Shown here: positions 1 through 10,198 of the stretch, in pieces
Numbering within the stretch: position 1 is the first letter of the stretch
Layout: each line of letters starts with the position of its first letter
Assembly (NCBI GenBank): GCA_963840855.1
Contig: CAWJBB010000034.1
Location: forward strand, 32,001 to 96,000
Length of the DNA: 64,000 nt
From: an uncultured delta proteobacterium
Lineage (GTDB): Bacteria > Desulfobacterota > Binatia > UBA9968
Direction of reading: 5' to 3'
Program-made: the position numbers and the translations under genes
The notes under the pieces: model-generated
The model's input: the letters and a program-made list of their open reading frames with translations, nothing else
What the model was told of the DNA's origin: nothing
Database searches by the model: none

Positions 1-1328
1 ACGAGCGCGCAATCGCGCGGGTCGTAGCCTTTTTCGACCGAAACGGCGCGCACCGAGAGCGACATATTGAAGTTGGCGATAGTCAAAATACCCAGCGCCG
101 CTTCTTCGAGCGACATCCCGAGTGGCCAGGCAATTTTATTCGTAATGGCGGCCGCGGCTTTGTCGCGCTGCAAGCGTATGCCGCTACCGAGAAAATATTC
201 GGGATCGATGCGCCCGACAATCAAATTCGCGTCGGTAACCGTGGGGTCGCTGCCGCCTTTGCCGTAGCAAGCTGGACCCGGCGCCGCCCCGGCGCTCTGC
301 GGCCCGATTTTCAAACCGCCCGCCGGATCGATCCAGGCGATGCTGCCACCTCCGTTGCCGACTTCGACAATATCGACGACCGGCAGCATCATTGGATGGC
401 CGGTCACGTAGCCGCCAACGTAGTAGCTGCTGGTAACTTCCGGATGAAAATCCTTGATCAGACTCGATTTTGCCGTCGTCCCACCCATGTCGAAAGAAAT
501 AATCTGGCGGCAATTCAGCGATTCGCCCAGACACGCAGCCGCAATCACCCCCGCCACGGGTCCGGACTCCATCATCGTCACCGGCATTTTTTTCGCCGTC
601 TCCGCCGACATCACACCGCCGTTGGATTGCATCACGCGAAATGTGCCGCGAAAGCCGCCGTCACCGAGCATTTTTTCCAACGATAGCAGATAACGGCTGA
701 CTAAGGGACCGACGTAGGAGTTCAGCGCCGTCGTCGAGGTGCGCTCGTATTCGCGGAATTCGCGGAGAATTTCGTGCGAGAGCGAGACATACGCTTGGGG
801 AAATTGCTCGCGCAGCAGTTCGCCCAACCGTTTTTCGTGTATCGGATTGGCGTAGGAGTGCAGCAAACAGACGGCGATACTTTCCACGTCCGCGGCTTTG
901 AGCGCCGCAATGGTTGAAGCCGCGGATTGTTCATCAAGCCGCGTAAGCACCTCGCCCGTGGCATAAAGCCGCTCGTCAACTTCCAGTCGCAGGTCCCGCG
1001 GCACCAGCGGCACGGGCCGTTTGAAGAATAGGTTATAACCTTCGGGACGGTTGCCGCGGCCGATCTCATATACGTCGCGAAAGCCTTTGGTCGTGATCAG
1101 ACCCGTCTTGGCTCCCTTGCGCTCCAGCACCGCGTTGATCGTCACCGTCGAACCATGCACGAAGAAGCCAGCGCCGGCGACATCGATCTTTGCGTGGCTC
1201 AGACAATCCTCGATACCGCGCGCCAGATCGTCCGGCGTCGTCAACGACTTGCTGCGATACACCTGGCCGTTATCGTCGACGGCGACGAGATCAGTAAACG
1301 TTCCACCTATATCAACGGCGATTCTCAT
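1..1328 (-). CDS. Hydantoinase/oxoprolinase A subunit (HyuA-like), 3' end runs off the window
   Basis: Manual translation from ATG at 1328: MRIAVDIGGTFTDLV...HGSTVTINAVLERKGAKTGLITTKGFRD...EFREYERTSTT...SFDMGGTT...GPQSAGAAPGPACYG, all hydantoinase A motifs; absent from the ORF track because it has no stop in the window. Confidence 0.93.
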   Translation of the reverse strand, partial: MRIAVDIGGTFTDLVAVDDNGQVYRSKSLTTPDDLARGIEDCLSHAKIDVAGAGFFVHGSTVTINAVLERKGAKTGLITTKGFRDVYEIGRGNRPEGYNLFFKRPVPLVPRDLRLEVDERLYATGEVLTRLDEQSAASTIAALKAADVESIAVCLLHSYANPIHEKRLGELLREQFPQAYVSLSHEILREFREYERTSTTALNSYVGPLVSRYLLSLEKMLGDGGFRGTFRVMQSNGGVMSAETAKKMPVTMMESGPVAGVIAAACLGESLNCRQIISFDMGGTTAKSSLIKDFHPEVTSSYYVGGYVTGHPMMLPVVDIVEVGNGGGSIAWIDPAGGLKIGPQSAGAAPGPACYGKGGSDPTVTDANLIVGRIDPEYFLGSGIRLQRDKAAAAITNKIAWPLGMSLEEAALGILTIANFNMSLSVRAVSVEKGYDPRDCAL

Positions 1329-1365
1329 GGAGCCTTTCGATCTGCTGTAAAAATTTCTCGGCGGG

Positions 1366-1432
1366 CCCTCCGATCCGATCCCCTCGCCCACGAATGTGGG
1401 AGAGGGCTAACCCTTCTCCCAAAGGGAGAAGG
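1366..1432. repeat. REP-like double hairpin (CCCTC...GAGGG / CCTTCTCCC-AAA-GGGAGAAGG)
   Basis: Two adjacent palindromes in the intergenic space. Confidence 0.55.
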
Positions 1433-1471
1433 AACAGATGCGAAGGCTCGCCAAACAGGCAAACTCAAATC

Positions 1472-2632
1472 TTAACCGCCCACCAACGTCCTTGCCCCGC
1501 CCGCCGTCACTTGAAAACTGTCGCCGAACAAAACAATCTTCCCTTCGGTCTCGATGGTCACGCGCAACGCCAGCGTCATGTCCTCGTTGAGCGTCGTCGC
1601 GCCGACGGACGAAGCACCCACTTCGCGTGCGTCGCTCTCACTCAAAAACGGCGCTTCCCATTGATTGAGGCCGATGCCATTGGCGAGACCGTACAGTGAA
1701 GCCGTCGCATAGAACTCACCGAGCGCTTTACGTGCGGTCTCATCGATCGCCGCCACCGCGCCATTGGGTTTCAATTGTTGCGCCATCGCCGCGACGATCT
1801 CTTGCGCTTTGCCGTACGCGCTCTGCACCTTCGCGTCATTCGCGAGAAAATACGTCCGCCCGGCCTCGGCCCAATAGCGTTCATGCTGGACCGCAAAATA
1901 AACCGCCCAATGGGCGCCAACGCTCGCCGCTTGCTTGAAACTCGGCGGATTCAGCCGTTTTTCGCCGGCAAGGATGCGAATATCCTCGGCGCCTTTATCG
2001 CGCGCCAAGCGATCGATATCGGCGACGATTTCATATTCTTTCCGCCCCGGCTTGATCACGGCCGCGGCATCTTGGCAAATCTCTCTGAGCAATCGGCCCG
2101 CCTCGCCCATGGCGGCAAGCTCGCGCGCGGTTTTGCGCAACCGGATCGGCTGAAACAGTGAATGGAGATTCTGCCAAGTGACTTGCGGTAGCGCGCTTTT
2201 CATCTCTTCCAATTGCGGCAGGGGAAACCCCTGGCCGGAATCCACCAGTCCCAAGCGCGCGTTTTCGAAACCTCTTTCCTTTAACAGCTTTGCGCCGTCG
2301 GCGCCGACCTGATTGGACGCGCGCACGTCTTCGATCCACGTGAGGGTCTTGGCGAACGGCACGTCGCGGCTGCCGATGTTGAGCAGCATTGATATCGCGC
2401 CGTCGCGCGGCACCACGGCGATGCCGCCGCGAACTTTCGGGAAATAGTTCGTCAGGTAACAAAGATCGGCAAAGGAATAGTTGTCACCGTAAATCACCAA
2501 GGCGTCCAGGTTAAGCCGCGCCATCTCCCGACGCACGGCCTCGAGCCTCGACTGAAATTCCTCCCGCGGCGCAAGCTGGAGGTCCCAAGTAGAACACCCA
2601 CGTTTCAATACCGAATGTCTTCCGAAAATCAT
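1472..2632 (-). CDS. M24 (Xaa-Pro peptidase/creatinase-fold) protein lacking canonical metal ligands
   Basis: Creatinase_N-like start (R..AVRREM...LDALVIYGD), LRKTARE, GRT and GIGL motifs of the pita-bread fold. Confidence 0.8.
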   Translation of the reverse strand: MIFGRHSVLKRGCSTWDLQLAPREEFQSRLEAVRREMARLNLDALVIYGDNYSFADLCYLTNYFPKVRGGIAVVPRDGAISMLLNIGSRDVPFAKTLTWIEDVRASNQVGADGAKLLKERGFENARLGLVDSGQGFPLPQLEEMKSALPQVTWQNLHSLFQPIRLRKTARELAAMGEAGRLLREICQDAAAVIKPGRKEYEIVADIDRLARDKGAEDIRILAGEKRLNPPSFKQAASVGAHWAVYFAVQHERYWAEAGRTYFLANDAKVQSAYGKAQEIVAAMAQQLKPNGAVAAIDETARKALGEFYATASLYGLANGIGLNQWEAPFLSESDAREVGASSVGATTLNEDMTLALRVTIETEGKIVLFGDSFQVTAGGARTLVGG

Positions 2633-2662
2633 CTCGACCTCATCAAGTGCGAATCCGAATCA

Positions 2663-2700
2663 CGATTTGAACTTTTTGAACGGCTTGAACGATTGGAACG
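2663..2700. repeat. Half copy of 9-mer (TTGAACNNN) tandem palindrome family
   Basis: gatttgaactttttgaacggcttgaacgattggaacg, same unit as 10088-10180 and 18119-18183. Confidence 0.7.
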
Positions 2701-2703
2701 CGT

Positions 2704-3819
2704 TCAATCTTTAATATAGATATCCCACGAAGACTTCATCAGCGACTCCGCCTTGCTCTTCCCCATCACCACCGTATCGCCCAGCGTCAAATAGCCGGTC
2801 TCCGGCAAATATTGATTGGGATGAATGATGAAAGTCATTCCTTCTTCCAATTTAGTTTTGTTCTCGTCTTCCAAACTTCCCGGCGCGAAGGATCCGCAGC
2901 CAAGGCCGTGGCCGCGGACGCGCATGAACGGCGGCCGGCAATATTGTTCGTAGCCATACTCGATAAACGTCCCATTAATCGCCTTGGCAACCGCGCTCGC
3001 CGGCGCGCCGGTCTGCGCCGCCGCCATACCCAGTCCCATCGCCTTGTGTAGGATCGCGTACTTCTCGCGCACCACCGGCGGCGGCTCGCCCAACACGACG
3101 GTGCGGCAAATCTGTACAAACAGACCACCGATGCAGGGCGTGATCTCGCCGATGATGATGTCGCCGGGCTGTACAACGCGGTCGGTGGCGGGATGCAGCG
3201 CTTGATTGTGGCTGTTGGCGACCACCATGCCGAAATTATCCTCGGCGCCGAGCGAGCGCATGCGATGCTCGACAATGGCCGCCAGCTCGTATTCTTTCAA
3301 GCCAGGCCGCGCGTCTTCGTGCAGCGCGGTTACACCGGCATCGGCGATCGCCGCGGCGCGCCGCAATCTTTCTAACTCGAAAGGAATTTTGCAGCGCGCC
3401 ATGTTTTCAATGATGTCCTTGGCGTTTGCTGGAGTTTGCTTGAGCGACCGAACGATCTCATCGTGCAAATCGACATGAATCGCTTCGCGGCCGATGAGTC
3501 CGACCTTGCCGGAAATACTCGGCAAACGTGACCACAATTCTTTGAACGACTTGATGTTCTGGACGAAGGATTCTTCGCGCGCGCGCGGGATATCCCACGC
3601 CGGCGCCAGATAAAGCACCGGATCATCTTCGAGGGGCACCACGAGCATGGTTTCCGGGCCGACGCTGATGAAGTCGGTGAGATAGCCGACGTAGTTCATG
3701 CGCAGGAAGTTATGCCGGCCGGAATCATAAACCAGCAAGGCTTGCAATCCCTGATCGCGCATCGCCTCACGCACCTGGGTCAACCGTTTTTCGAATTCCG
3801 CTCGTTCATCCATAGTCAC
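2704..3819 (-). CDS. M24 family (Xaa-Pro peptidase/creatinase-like) protein
   Basis: RCKIPFELERLRRAA, ICRT, GHGLG, HPN and GDT motifs; start may be ATG at 3813. Confidence 0.85.
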   Translation of the reverse strand: MTMDERAEFEKRLTQVREAMRDQGLQALLVYDSGRHNFLRMNYVGYLTDFISVGPETMLVVPLEDDPVLYLAPAWDIPRAREESFVQNIKSFKELWSRLPSISGKVGLIGREAIHVDLHDEIVRSLKQTPANAKDIIENMARCKIPFELERLRRAAAIADAGVTALHEDARPGLKEYELAAIVEHRMRSLGAEDNFGMVVANSHNQALHPATDRVVQPGDIIIGEITPCIGGLFVQICRTVVLGEPPPVVREKYAILHKAMGLGMAAAQTGAPASAVAKAINGTFIEYGYEQYCRPPFMRVRGHGLGCGSFAPGSLEDENKTKLEEGMTFIIHPNQYLPETGYLTLGDTVVMGKSKAESLMKSSWDIYIKD

Positions 3820-3986
3820 CTCGTAAATCTCGCCGCTATTCTCATTACGTCAACGTCTCTAATCAGCTTGAAGAAGGTAGCAAAGTTATCCCCTCTCCAC
3901 CACGGCTCCTTCGAAAATTTGGGTGGGGTGGAGGAACTATTGCCATTAGATTTGGCGTAAGTTGCGTAAACATTACAATACGAGCC

Positions 3987-4083
3987 CGTCGTTCCGGCAT
4001 GGACTGCCGGAACCCAGGTTCACATGGATGTGTCCGGACGCATCCTGCGGGCCTGGATGCCGGCAATCCCTGCCGGCATGACG
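3987..4083. repeat. CGTC/GTCAT-type REP-like palindrome
   Basis: cgtcgttccggcatggactgccggaacccagg...cctggatgccggcaatccctgccggcatgacg forms an imperfect inverted repeat of two hairpins. Confidence 0.7.
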
Positions 4084-4280
4084 GAGGCTGCCCCGTCGAA
4101 CCTTGGCGTTGGCGTGGAGGGATGTACCTCCTTTTTCATGCTCTGTGGACGAGCGTGTAACGCCCATGAATCACTTCGTGGGGGCTAGGGTGAGAGGTCT
4201 CTACTCGCGACTGTGATAACGAAAGCAACAATTCCCACCAATTTTCGTCAGCGGGGCTGCTTTTAGATTGTCGGACGCGT

Positions 4281-4339
4281 TAGGGGCCGACCTGCGTGTC
4301 GGCCCCTCCGAACGGGCGGACACATCGGTCCGCCCCTAC
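4281..4339. repeat. GTAG-type REP doublet
   Basis: taggggccgacctgcgtgtcggccc...gggcggacacatcggtccgcccctac. Confidence 0.75.
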
Positions 4340-4362
4340 CGTTGCCTGTTGCCTCATCTCGC

Positions 4363-5356
4363 CTATTTAATCAGCCTACTCGCCCGGGCGAGCACCTCCG
4401 GCGGAATCGTCAGGCCGATTTGCTTCGCGGTCTTGAGATTGATCACCAACTCGAATTTCGTCGGTTGCTCCACCGGCAGATCGGCAGGCTTGGCTCCCTT
4501 CAGGATTCTGTCCACGTAATATGCGACGCGCCGGTAGCTGTCCGCGAGGTCCGCCCCGTAGTACATGAGCCCGCCGGCATCTACAGCTTCTCTGTTGCTG
4601 TACATCGACGGTAACCGGCTCTTTAACGCAAAGCCGACAATCCGTTTTTGGTTAACATTCATTAGCGGGCCCGAGGGCACATAGAGTCCATCCGGGCGCT
4701 GCTTGTTTAGCGCGGCGAATACCTTCTCGAAATCGTCCGCAGCTCGTACCTCCCAAGGCTGAAAAGTCAACCCCAGCGCACGCGCCGCGACTGGGAGAAC
4801 CTCTTTCACCTCGAGTACATTGGCCGGAGTGGCCGGATCGTAGAGAACCGCGACACGGGCAATTTTGGGAACGGCTTCTTTGAGCAGCTCCAGCCGCTTA
4901 CCGCCTAGTTCTCCGGAAAGGCTTGTAAGGCCGGTGACGTTGCCGCCGGGACGGGCAAGGCTTTCAACGAAGCCTGCCTCGACAGGATCGGCCCCAGGGC
5001 CCGTCATAACGATGGGAATCGTCTTGGTCGCATTCTTGGCCGCCTGGATCCACCTGGTCCCTCCTGCTGCCACGATGATATCAACCTTGAGACGCACCAG
5101 CTCGGCCGCAAGCTCAGGGAGCCGATCGAGCTTCCCCTCCGCATATCGGTACTCGATGGCGATGTTCTGTCCTTCTATGTAGCCAAGCTCGCGCAGAGCC
5201 AGCCGAATTGCCTCGGCACGGGTGGACTCACGTAGCTGGATCGACCGACGATAGATACCCTATCCGAGGGACCTTCTTCGGCTGCTGGGCGGCGGCGATG
5301 GCACCATAGCCCACCAGTGCCAGCATAATTGCGACGAGCATAGCGATACGTTTCAT
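4363..5356 (-). CDS. ABC transporter substrate-binding protein (COG2984/ABC_sub_bind), frameshift near 5230
   Basis: Signal peptide MKRIAMLVAIMLALVGYGAIAAAQQPKKVPRIGYL in one frame; SLARPGGNVTG...GAKPADLPVEQPTKFELVINLKTAK in another. Confidence 0.88.
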
Positions 5357-5559
5357 AGATCTCCTCAGCAAGCGGCGATTTCCGAGTGTTTTGAGAAAGA
5401 ACGTGAAACAGGTCTCCAATTCGATTCTTCCTCCTGATTGCTCGGCCATCATCACGGATGGATGACAAGTCGCAGAGTATCCGACGACGCGCTTTTGGGT
5501 CAAGCTTAAATCAAACTTGGGTAGCAAACTCCGGTTGAGGTTTTTAAATCGCCGTGCGA

Positions 5560-5587
5560 TTGACACGATGCGCTAGCGAGGGATACT
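5560..5587 (+). promoter_or_regulatory. Putative sigma70 promoter of the DUF4258/DUF2283 pair
   Basis: TTGACA-N16-GATACT about 55 nt upstream of the start. Confidence 0.45.
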
Positions 5588-5642
5588 GTCTGCGCCAAAA
5601 AACGTAGACGTAAAAGCACCGTGTTTATCAGAGAGCGTAGAA

Positions 5643-5945
5643 TTGGCAAAGAGAATCCTTTATTCTGATCACCTGAAACTACGGATGAGTCTGCGAAGGA
5701 TACCCAGACCTCTGCCGCGGAGTATCTACCGACGTGCAAAAGAAGTATTTTATGATCACACAACGGGGCACCTTGTAGCCGTAGCTCGTTCCCGTTACGG
5801 CGGCAGATTGCGTGAGATGATGGTCGCTTATTCAGAAATAAAGGACGAAGTTAATTTGATTACTGTGCATCCATTGAAGCCTCGGCAAAAAACGAACAGG
5901 ATTGCGTCAGGGAGATGGATTCCTCATGAAAGAGAAAAAAAATAA
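5643..5945 (+). CDS. DUF4258-like (RelE/BrnT-like) putative toxin
   Basis: Small basic ORF (YSDHLKLRMSLRRI...LITVHP...RIASGRW) overlapping a DUF2283 gene, the usual arrangement for this pair. Confidence 0.6.
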   Translation: MAKRILYSDHLKLRMSLRRIPRPLPRSIYRRAKEVFYDHTTGHLVAVARSRYGGRLREMMVAYSEIKDEVNLITVHPLKPRQKTNRIASGRWIPHEREKK

Positions 5946-6151
5946 ACCCCTAGTTAGATACGATCCGTCAAGCGACGTGTTGTATATCGCGACCCGAAAG
6001 GGCGTAGAGGAAGAATTTACCGAGGTCGCTCCAGGGGTCAACGTGGAGATGGATGATGAGGGGCAATGTCCTGGGCGTTGAGATACTGAGGGCGTCGCAC
6101 ACTCTAAAGAGTTTTCTAAAATCGTTAGGCAAAAAACGCGCTGCGGCCTAA
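5926..6151 (+). CDS. DUF2283 putative antitoxin, +1 G in homopolymer near 6062
   Basis: MKEKKNKPLVRYDPSSDVLYI...EVAPGVNVEMDDEG, then NVLGVEIL after removing one G; YD..D.LYI and G...G.EI are DUF2283 motifs. Confidence 0.72.
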
Positions 6152-6183
6152 TGATCGGCACGCAAAGGGCAGCGGATATCCAG

Positions 6184-7172
6184 TCATCTGATCACCTTAT
6201 TCGCCCGATGCAAGCACCCGGCGGAATCGTCAGGCCGATCTGCTTCGCCGTCTTGAGATTGATCACCAACTCGAACTTCGTCGGTTGCTCCACCGGGAGA
6301 TCGGCAGGCTTGGCTCCCTTCAGGATTCTGTCCACGAAATATGCGACGCGCCGGTAGCTGTCCGCGAGGTCCGCCCCATAGTACATGAGCCCGCCGGCCT
6401 CTACAGCTTCTCTGTAAAAATACATCGACGGTAACCGGCTCTTTAAGGCAAAGCGCACAATCCGTTTTTCGTTATCACGCATTAGCGGGCCCGAGGGCAC
6501 ATAGAGTCCATTCGGGCGCTGCTTATTCAGCGCGGCAAATATCCTCTCGAAATCGCCCGCATCTCGTACCTCCCAAGGTTCAATAGTCAACCGCAACGCA
6601 CGCGCCGCGACCGGGAGAACCTGTTTCACCTCGAGTACACTGGACGGAGTGGTCGGAACGTAGAGAACCGCGACGCGGGCAACTTTGGGAACGGCTTCTT
6701 TGAGCACCTCCAGCCGCTTACCGCCTAGTTCTCCGGAAAGGCTTGTAAGGCCGGTGACGTTGCCGCCGGGACGAGCAAGGCTTTCAATCAGTCCTGCCTC
6801 GACAGGATCGGCCCCAAGACCTGTCATAAGGATGGGAATTGTCTTGGTCGCTTTCTTAGCCGCCCGGAGCATCTCGGACCCTCCTGCTGCCACGATGATG
6901 TCAACGTTGAGACGCACCAGCTCGGCCGCTAGCCCAGGATAGCGATCGGGCTTCCCCTCCGCATAGCGGTACTCGATGGCGATGTGCTGTCCTTCTATAT
7001 AGCCAGCTCGTGCAGAGCCAGCCGAATTCCTTCGGAACGGGCGGACTCAAGAGCTGGATCGACGTTCGATAGATACCCTAACCTAGGGACTTTCTTCGGC
7101 TGCTGCGCGACGGCGGTAAAGCTATGAGCCAAGAGCAGAGCGCATAGCGCCAGTCCAATGATTTTTTTGCAT
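6184..7172 (-). CDS. Second COG2984 ABC substrate-binding protein, close paralog of 4363-5356, several indels
   Basis: Long near-identical DNA stretches shared with copy 1; frameshifts near 7165, 7000 and 6200. Confidence 0.85.
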
Positions 7173-7193
7173 GGGGTTGGCCTCACCCTAGGT

Positions 7194-7369
7194 CTAGTGT
7201 CCTGTCTCACAAATTCGTTCAATAGTTCGCTCGCCTCTCCACCGTCATGCCCGCGGAAGCGGGCACCCAGACGTCTTCGAATTTCCTGGATTCCGGGTCG
7301 CGCTAGCTATCGCCAGCTTGCCCGGAATGACGATTGAGTTATATTGCGAACTTCTTGGATACCACTTAG
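7194..7369. mobile_element. CTAG-bounded MITE-like element enclosing a GTCAT...ATGAC REP doublet (7244-7331)
   Basis: Inner ctggattccgggtcgcgctagctatcgccagcttgcccggaatgac is near-identical to 20564-20609; outer arms are imperfect inverted repeats. Confidence 0.6.
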
Positions 7370-7482
7370 TCCTCCCGCGTCCACCAAAGGCGGAGCAGCC
7401 TCAGGCTGAAGCCGCCGCGGGAGATTAGTTGCTTCTATTCAAGACTTCCTAGATAGATTCAAGCCACGCTATGAAATAACCT

Positions 7483-9142
7483 CTATCGACCACTCGTCGC
7501 CGACGCATATCCCAAACGCGAGTCCCGCTCAATTAAATCGCCCGACCGCTCGGCCGGGGCGCCGTATCCACCACCGCCAGCGGTAAAAAAAGTTACACTG
7601 CCGCCAGCTTTTAGAGGATAATTCGGTTTCTTCGTCAGCCAGACTCCTGGATCGTCCTCCGACTGTTTCACCAACGCCTTGGCCTTTTCGCCGCACGCGC
7701 CGCCGAACAATCCCCATGGGGCAGTGCGCTGCCGCTCGACGTTGATATTGGTAGAGGCGTCGCACAGAACGCGCACCGACACTTCGATACCCAGACCGCC
7801 GCGAAATTTGCCCGCGCCACCGCTCCCTTCGCGCAACCGCTGGCGCTCGATCAGCACCGGATAGTAAATCTCTTGCAGCTCCACCGGCGCGTTTTGCACG
7901 TCGCCCTGGCACATGGACACTGTGGCGTTCTCGCCGTCTTCGTGTAGCCGCCCGCCCCAGCCTCCGCCCATGATCGTCTGGCAGAGAAATCTTCTTCCTG
8001 TGATTGGATTGACGCCGAAGAATGCGTAACCGCCCATATCGCCTTTGTGCCCCGCTGCCACTCGATCGGGCAGCGCCGGCGCCAACGCCTTGAGAATCAA
8101 ATCGATCACCGTCGGCAGCGTGCGTTTCCAGTTGCCCACCGGCGACGGGGGCGTGGCGCTGAGAATTTTTCCCTCGGGGATAACGACCTCCAACGCGCGA
8201 AAGCAGCCTTCATCGATCGGCGAATAGGGATCGACCAAGGATTTGAACGCAACCCGCGCCGCCGCCACCGCGCCCGACTTGCCGGAATTGATCGAGCCCG
8301 CCACTTGCTCGCTCATCTCGGAGAAGTCGATGGTCATGTCGCTGCCGGCGACTACTACTTTGACTTTCAGCGGCACCGGCCGGTCGAGATTGACGCCGTC
8401 GCTGTCGAACAGCGCCTCGGCTTCGTATTTGCCCGGTTTGATGCGTGCGACTTGTTCACGCGCCAGTGCTCTCGGATTGATGCCAAATCGTTTTCACGCA
8501 TTGTAAGAAAACCTCGAGTCCGTAACGTTTCACCAGCGCGCCGAGGCCGCGGTCGCCGACGCGGCACGCGGCAATTTGCGCGCGCAAATCGCCGAGACAG
8601 GATTCGGCGAAACGCACATTGTCGGTGATAATTTGCAAAATATCTTGATTGGGCTGCTCGCCGCGGTAGAGTTTCAGCGAACGAAACTGCAAGCCTTCTT
8701 CGTAAATTTCGCGTGTGCCGCTAAAGCCGAAGCCAACCCGCGTGCCGCCGATGTCGATCCAGTGCGCGCGCACGGCGAGAAAAGCCACCAACTCGCCTCG
8801 ATGAAAGAAGGGCGTATAAACCACAACGTTGTTCAAATGCTGGCCGCAAACGTACGGATGGTTCATGATCAGCACGTCGCCGGGCTGAAAACCGTTCTTG
8901 CCGTGCATCCGCACGCCATCAACGATGGCCGGACCGAGATCAGCGAGAAAGATCGGCAGCGCGCCAAAATTTTGCGACAGAATGTTTCCTTCGGTATCGA
9001 CGATGCCGACGCAATAATCGCGCACCTCGTAGATCATCATGTTGTAAGAGGTTTTGCGCAGCACCGTGGCCATCTCGTTGGCGATATGCGCCAGGCCGGC
9101 GCGCACGACTTCGACGGTGATCGGATTGACGGTCGTCTTCAC
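7483..9142 (-). CDS. Hydantoinase B/oxoprolinase subunit (HyuB-like), frameshift near 8470
   Basis: NPITVEVV...IYEVRDY...NHPYVCGQHLN...AHWIDIGG...EEGL, then DFS...GGGWGG...GSGGAGKFRGGLG...AGGGGYG; removing one base joins the two ORFs. Confidence 0.9.
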
Positions 9143-9189
9143 TGCGTAAATCTTTCTCTTCGAATCGACTCGAATCAAGTCATTTTCTC

Positions 9190-9260
9190 CCGCCAAGGCG
9201 CCAAGGCGCAAAGTTAATACTTATTGACCTTCCTGACTTGGCGCCTTTGCGTCTTTGCGG
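9190..9260. repeat. (CGCCAAG/CGCAAAG)n...(CTTGGCG/CTTTGCG)n palindromic repeat
   Basis: Related copies at 12997-13023, 20758-20848, 46241-46365 and 56635-56714. Confidence 0.75.
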
Positions 9261-9277
9261 AGTCAGCTCTTCTCCGA

Positions 9278-10066
9278 CTATTTTTTCTCGTCGGCGGTGA
9301 CTGAACGCGATGCCGAATGGATCGGCACGGTGGCTTCGCGCAACGAGTAGAGATACTTGATGACGTCTTCGTTGGACATGTACTTGCTCATGTCGTAACG
9401 CTCCCGGTGGACCATATCTTTCAGTGGCCGCCGCACGCCTGCGGCGCGGGCGGGCACATCCGGGTAGCCGATTGGAATGATCAGGTAGAGCTTCAACAAA
9501 TCGGGCACGCCGAGAATGCGCTTGTGCGGCTCTTCGATGTGGATCGACACCCACTCGGAAGTAAGGCCAAGCGACGCCACCGCCAGGTGAATCAAGAAAC
9601 TGGCATTGGCCAAACTGTCGGTCAAGTGCGATTGATCGCGCCCGAAGGTGTGCGCGCCCATCACCGTGCCCCATTGGCGCCGCCCGTCGCCCAGAACGAC
9701 GATCACCGCCGGAGCCAGGTGCCAGTTGGCTTTCGCTTTGTTGAATCGCAGCGACTCATGGGGATCATTTTTTACCTGGTACGAGGGATGGCGCAGGCGG
9801 TACTCCCGCTGCTGCTCCATCCAGAAAATCAAGTCGGTGTTGTATTCAGAGTAGGCGTCGCGTAGTTGCTTTTTAGTCTCCTGATCCGTCACGACGACGA
9901 ATTCCCAAGGCTGTGAGTTGGCCCCGGACATGGCCCAACGCGCGATTTCAAGAATCTTGTCGATGGTATCGTTGGGAATCGGGTCGGGCTTGAACTTGCG
10001 CACGCTGTGGCGTGCCTTCACGAGGTCAAGCAGCATATTGTAGGTCGGGTTGTCTCCGGTTTTCAA
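9278..10066 (-). CDS. Nitroreductase family protein
   Basis: RHSVRKFKPDPIP, ARWAMSGANSQPWEFVVV, SLGL, IPIGYP; probable TTG start at 10066 behind GGAGG. Confidence 0.88.
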   Translation of the reverse strand: MKTGDNPTYNMLLDLVKARHSVRKFKPDPIPNDTIDKILEIARWAMSGANSQPWEFVVVTDQETKKQLRDAYSEYNTDLIFWMEQQREYRLRHPSYQVKNDPHESLRFNKAKANWHLAPAVIVVLGDGRRQWGTVMGAHTFGRDQSHLTDSLANASFLIHLAVASLGLTSEWVSIHIEEPHKRILGVPDLLKLYLIIPIGYPDVPARAAGVRRPLKDMVHRERYDMSKYMSNEDVIKYLYSLREATVPIHSASRSVTADEKK

Positions 10067-10087
10067 ATCAGCCTCCCGCTCGTTTTG

Positions 10088-10180
10088 GTTCAAAAAGTTC
10101 AAACCGTTCAAGTCGTTCAAACCGATCTCCGGATTGTTCGACGACTTGAACAATTTGAACGGCTTGAACGATTTGAACGC
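10088..10180. repeat. 9-mer tandem palindrome (GTTCAANNN)n-spacer-(TTGAACNNN)n
   Basis: Four units per arm; spacer aaccgatc....gattgttcgacgac shared with 18119-18183. Confidence 0.8.
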
Positions 10181-10198
10181 GTTGGAAGGTCTCTCCCG

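Noticed and set aside
8456-8470. TGA read-through (Sec) in hydantoinase B
   Set aside because: The downstream homologous sequence is in a different frame, so it is a frameshift
10067-10153. N-terminal extension of the nitroreductase in the ORF track
   Set aside because: It is a translation of the 9-mer repeat; an RBS supports the TTG start at 10066
10088-10180. Possible CRISPR array from repeated TTGAAC/GTTCAA motifs
   Set aside because: Period is 9 nt with no unique 30-40 nt spacers, the arms are inverted, and no cas genes are present
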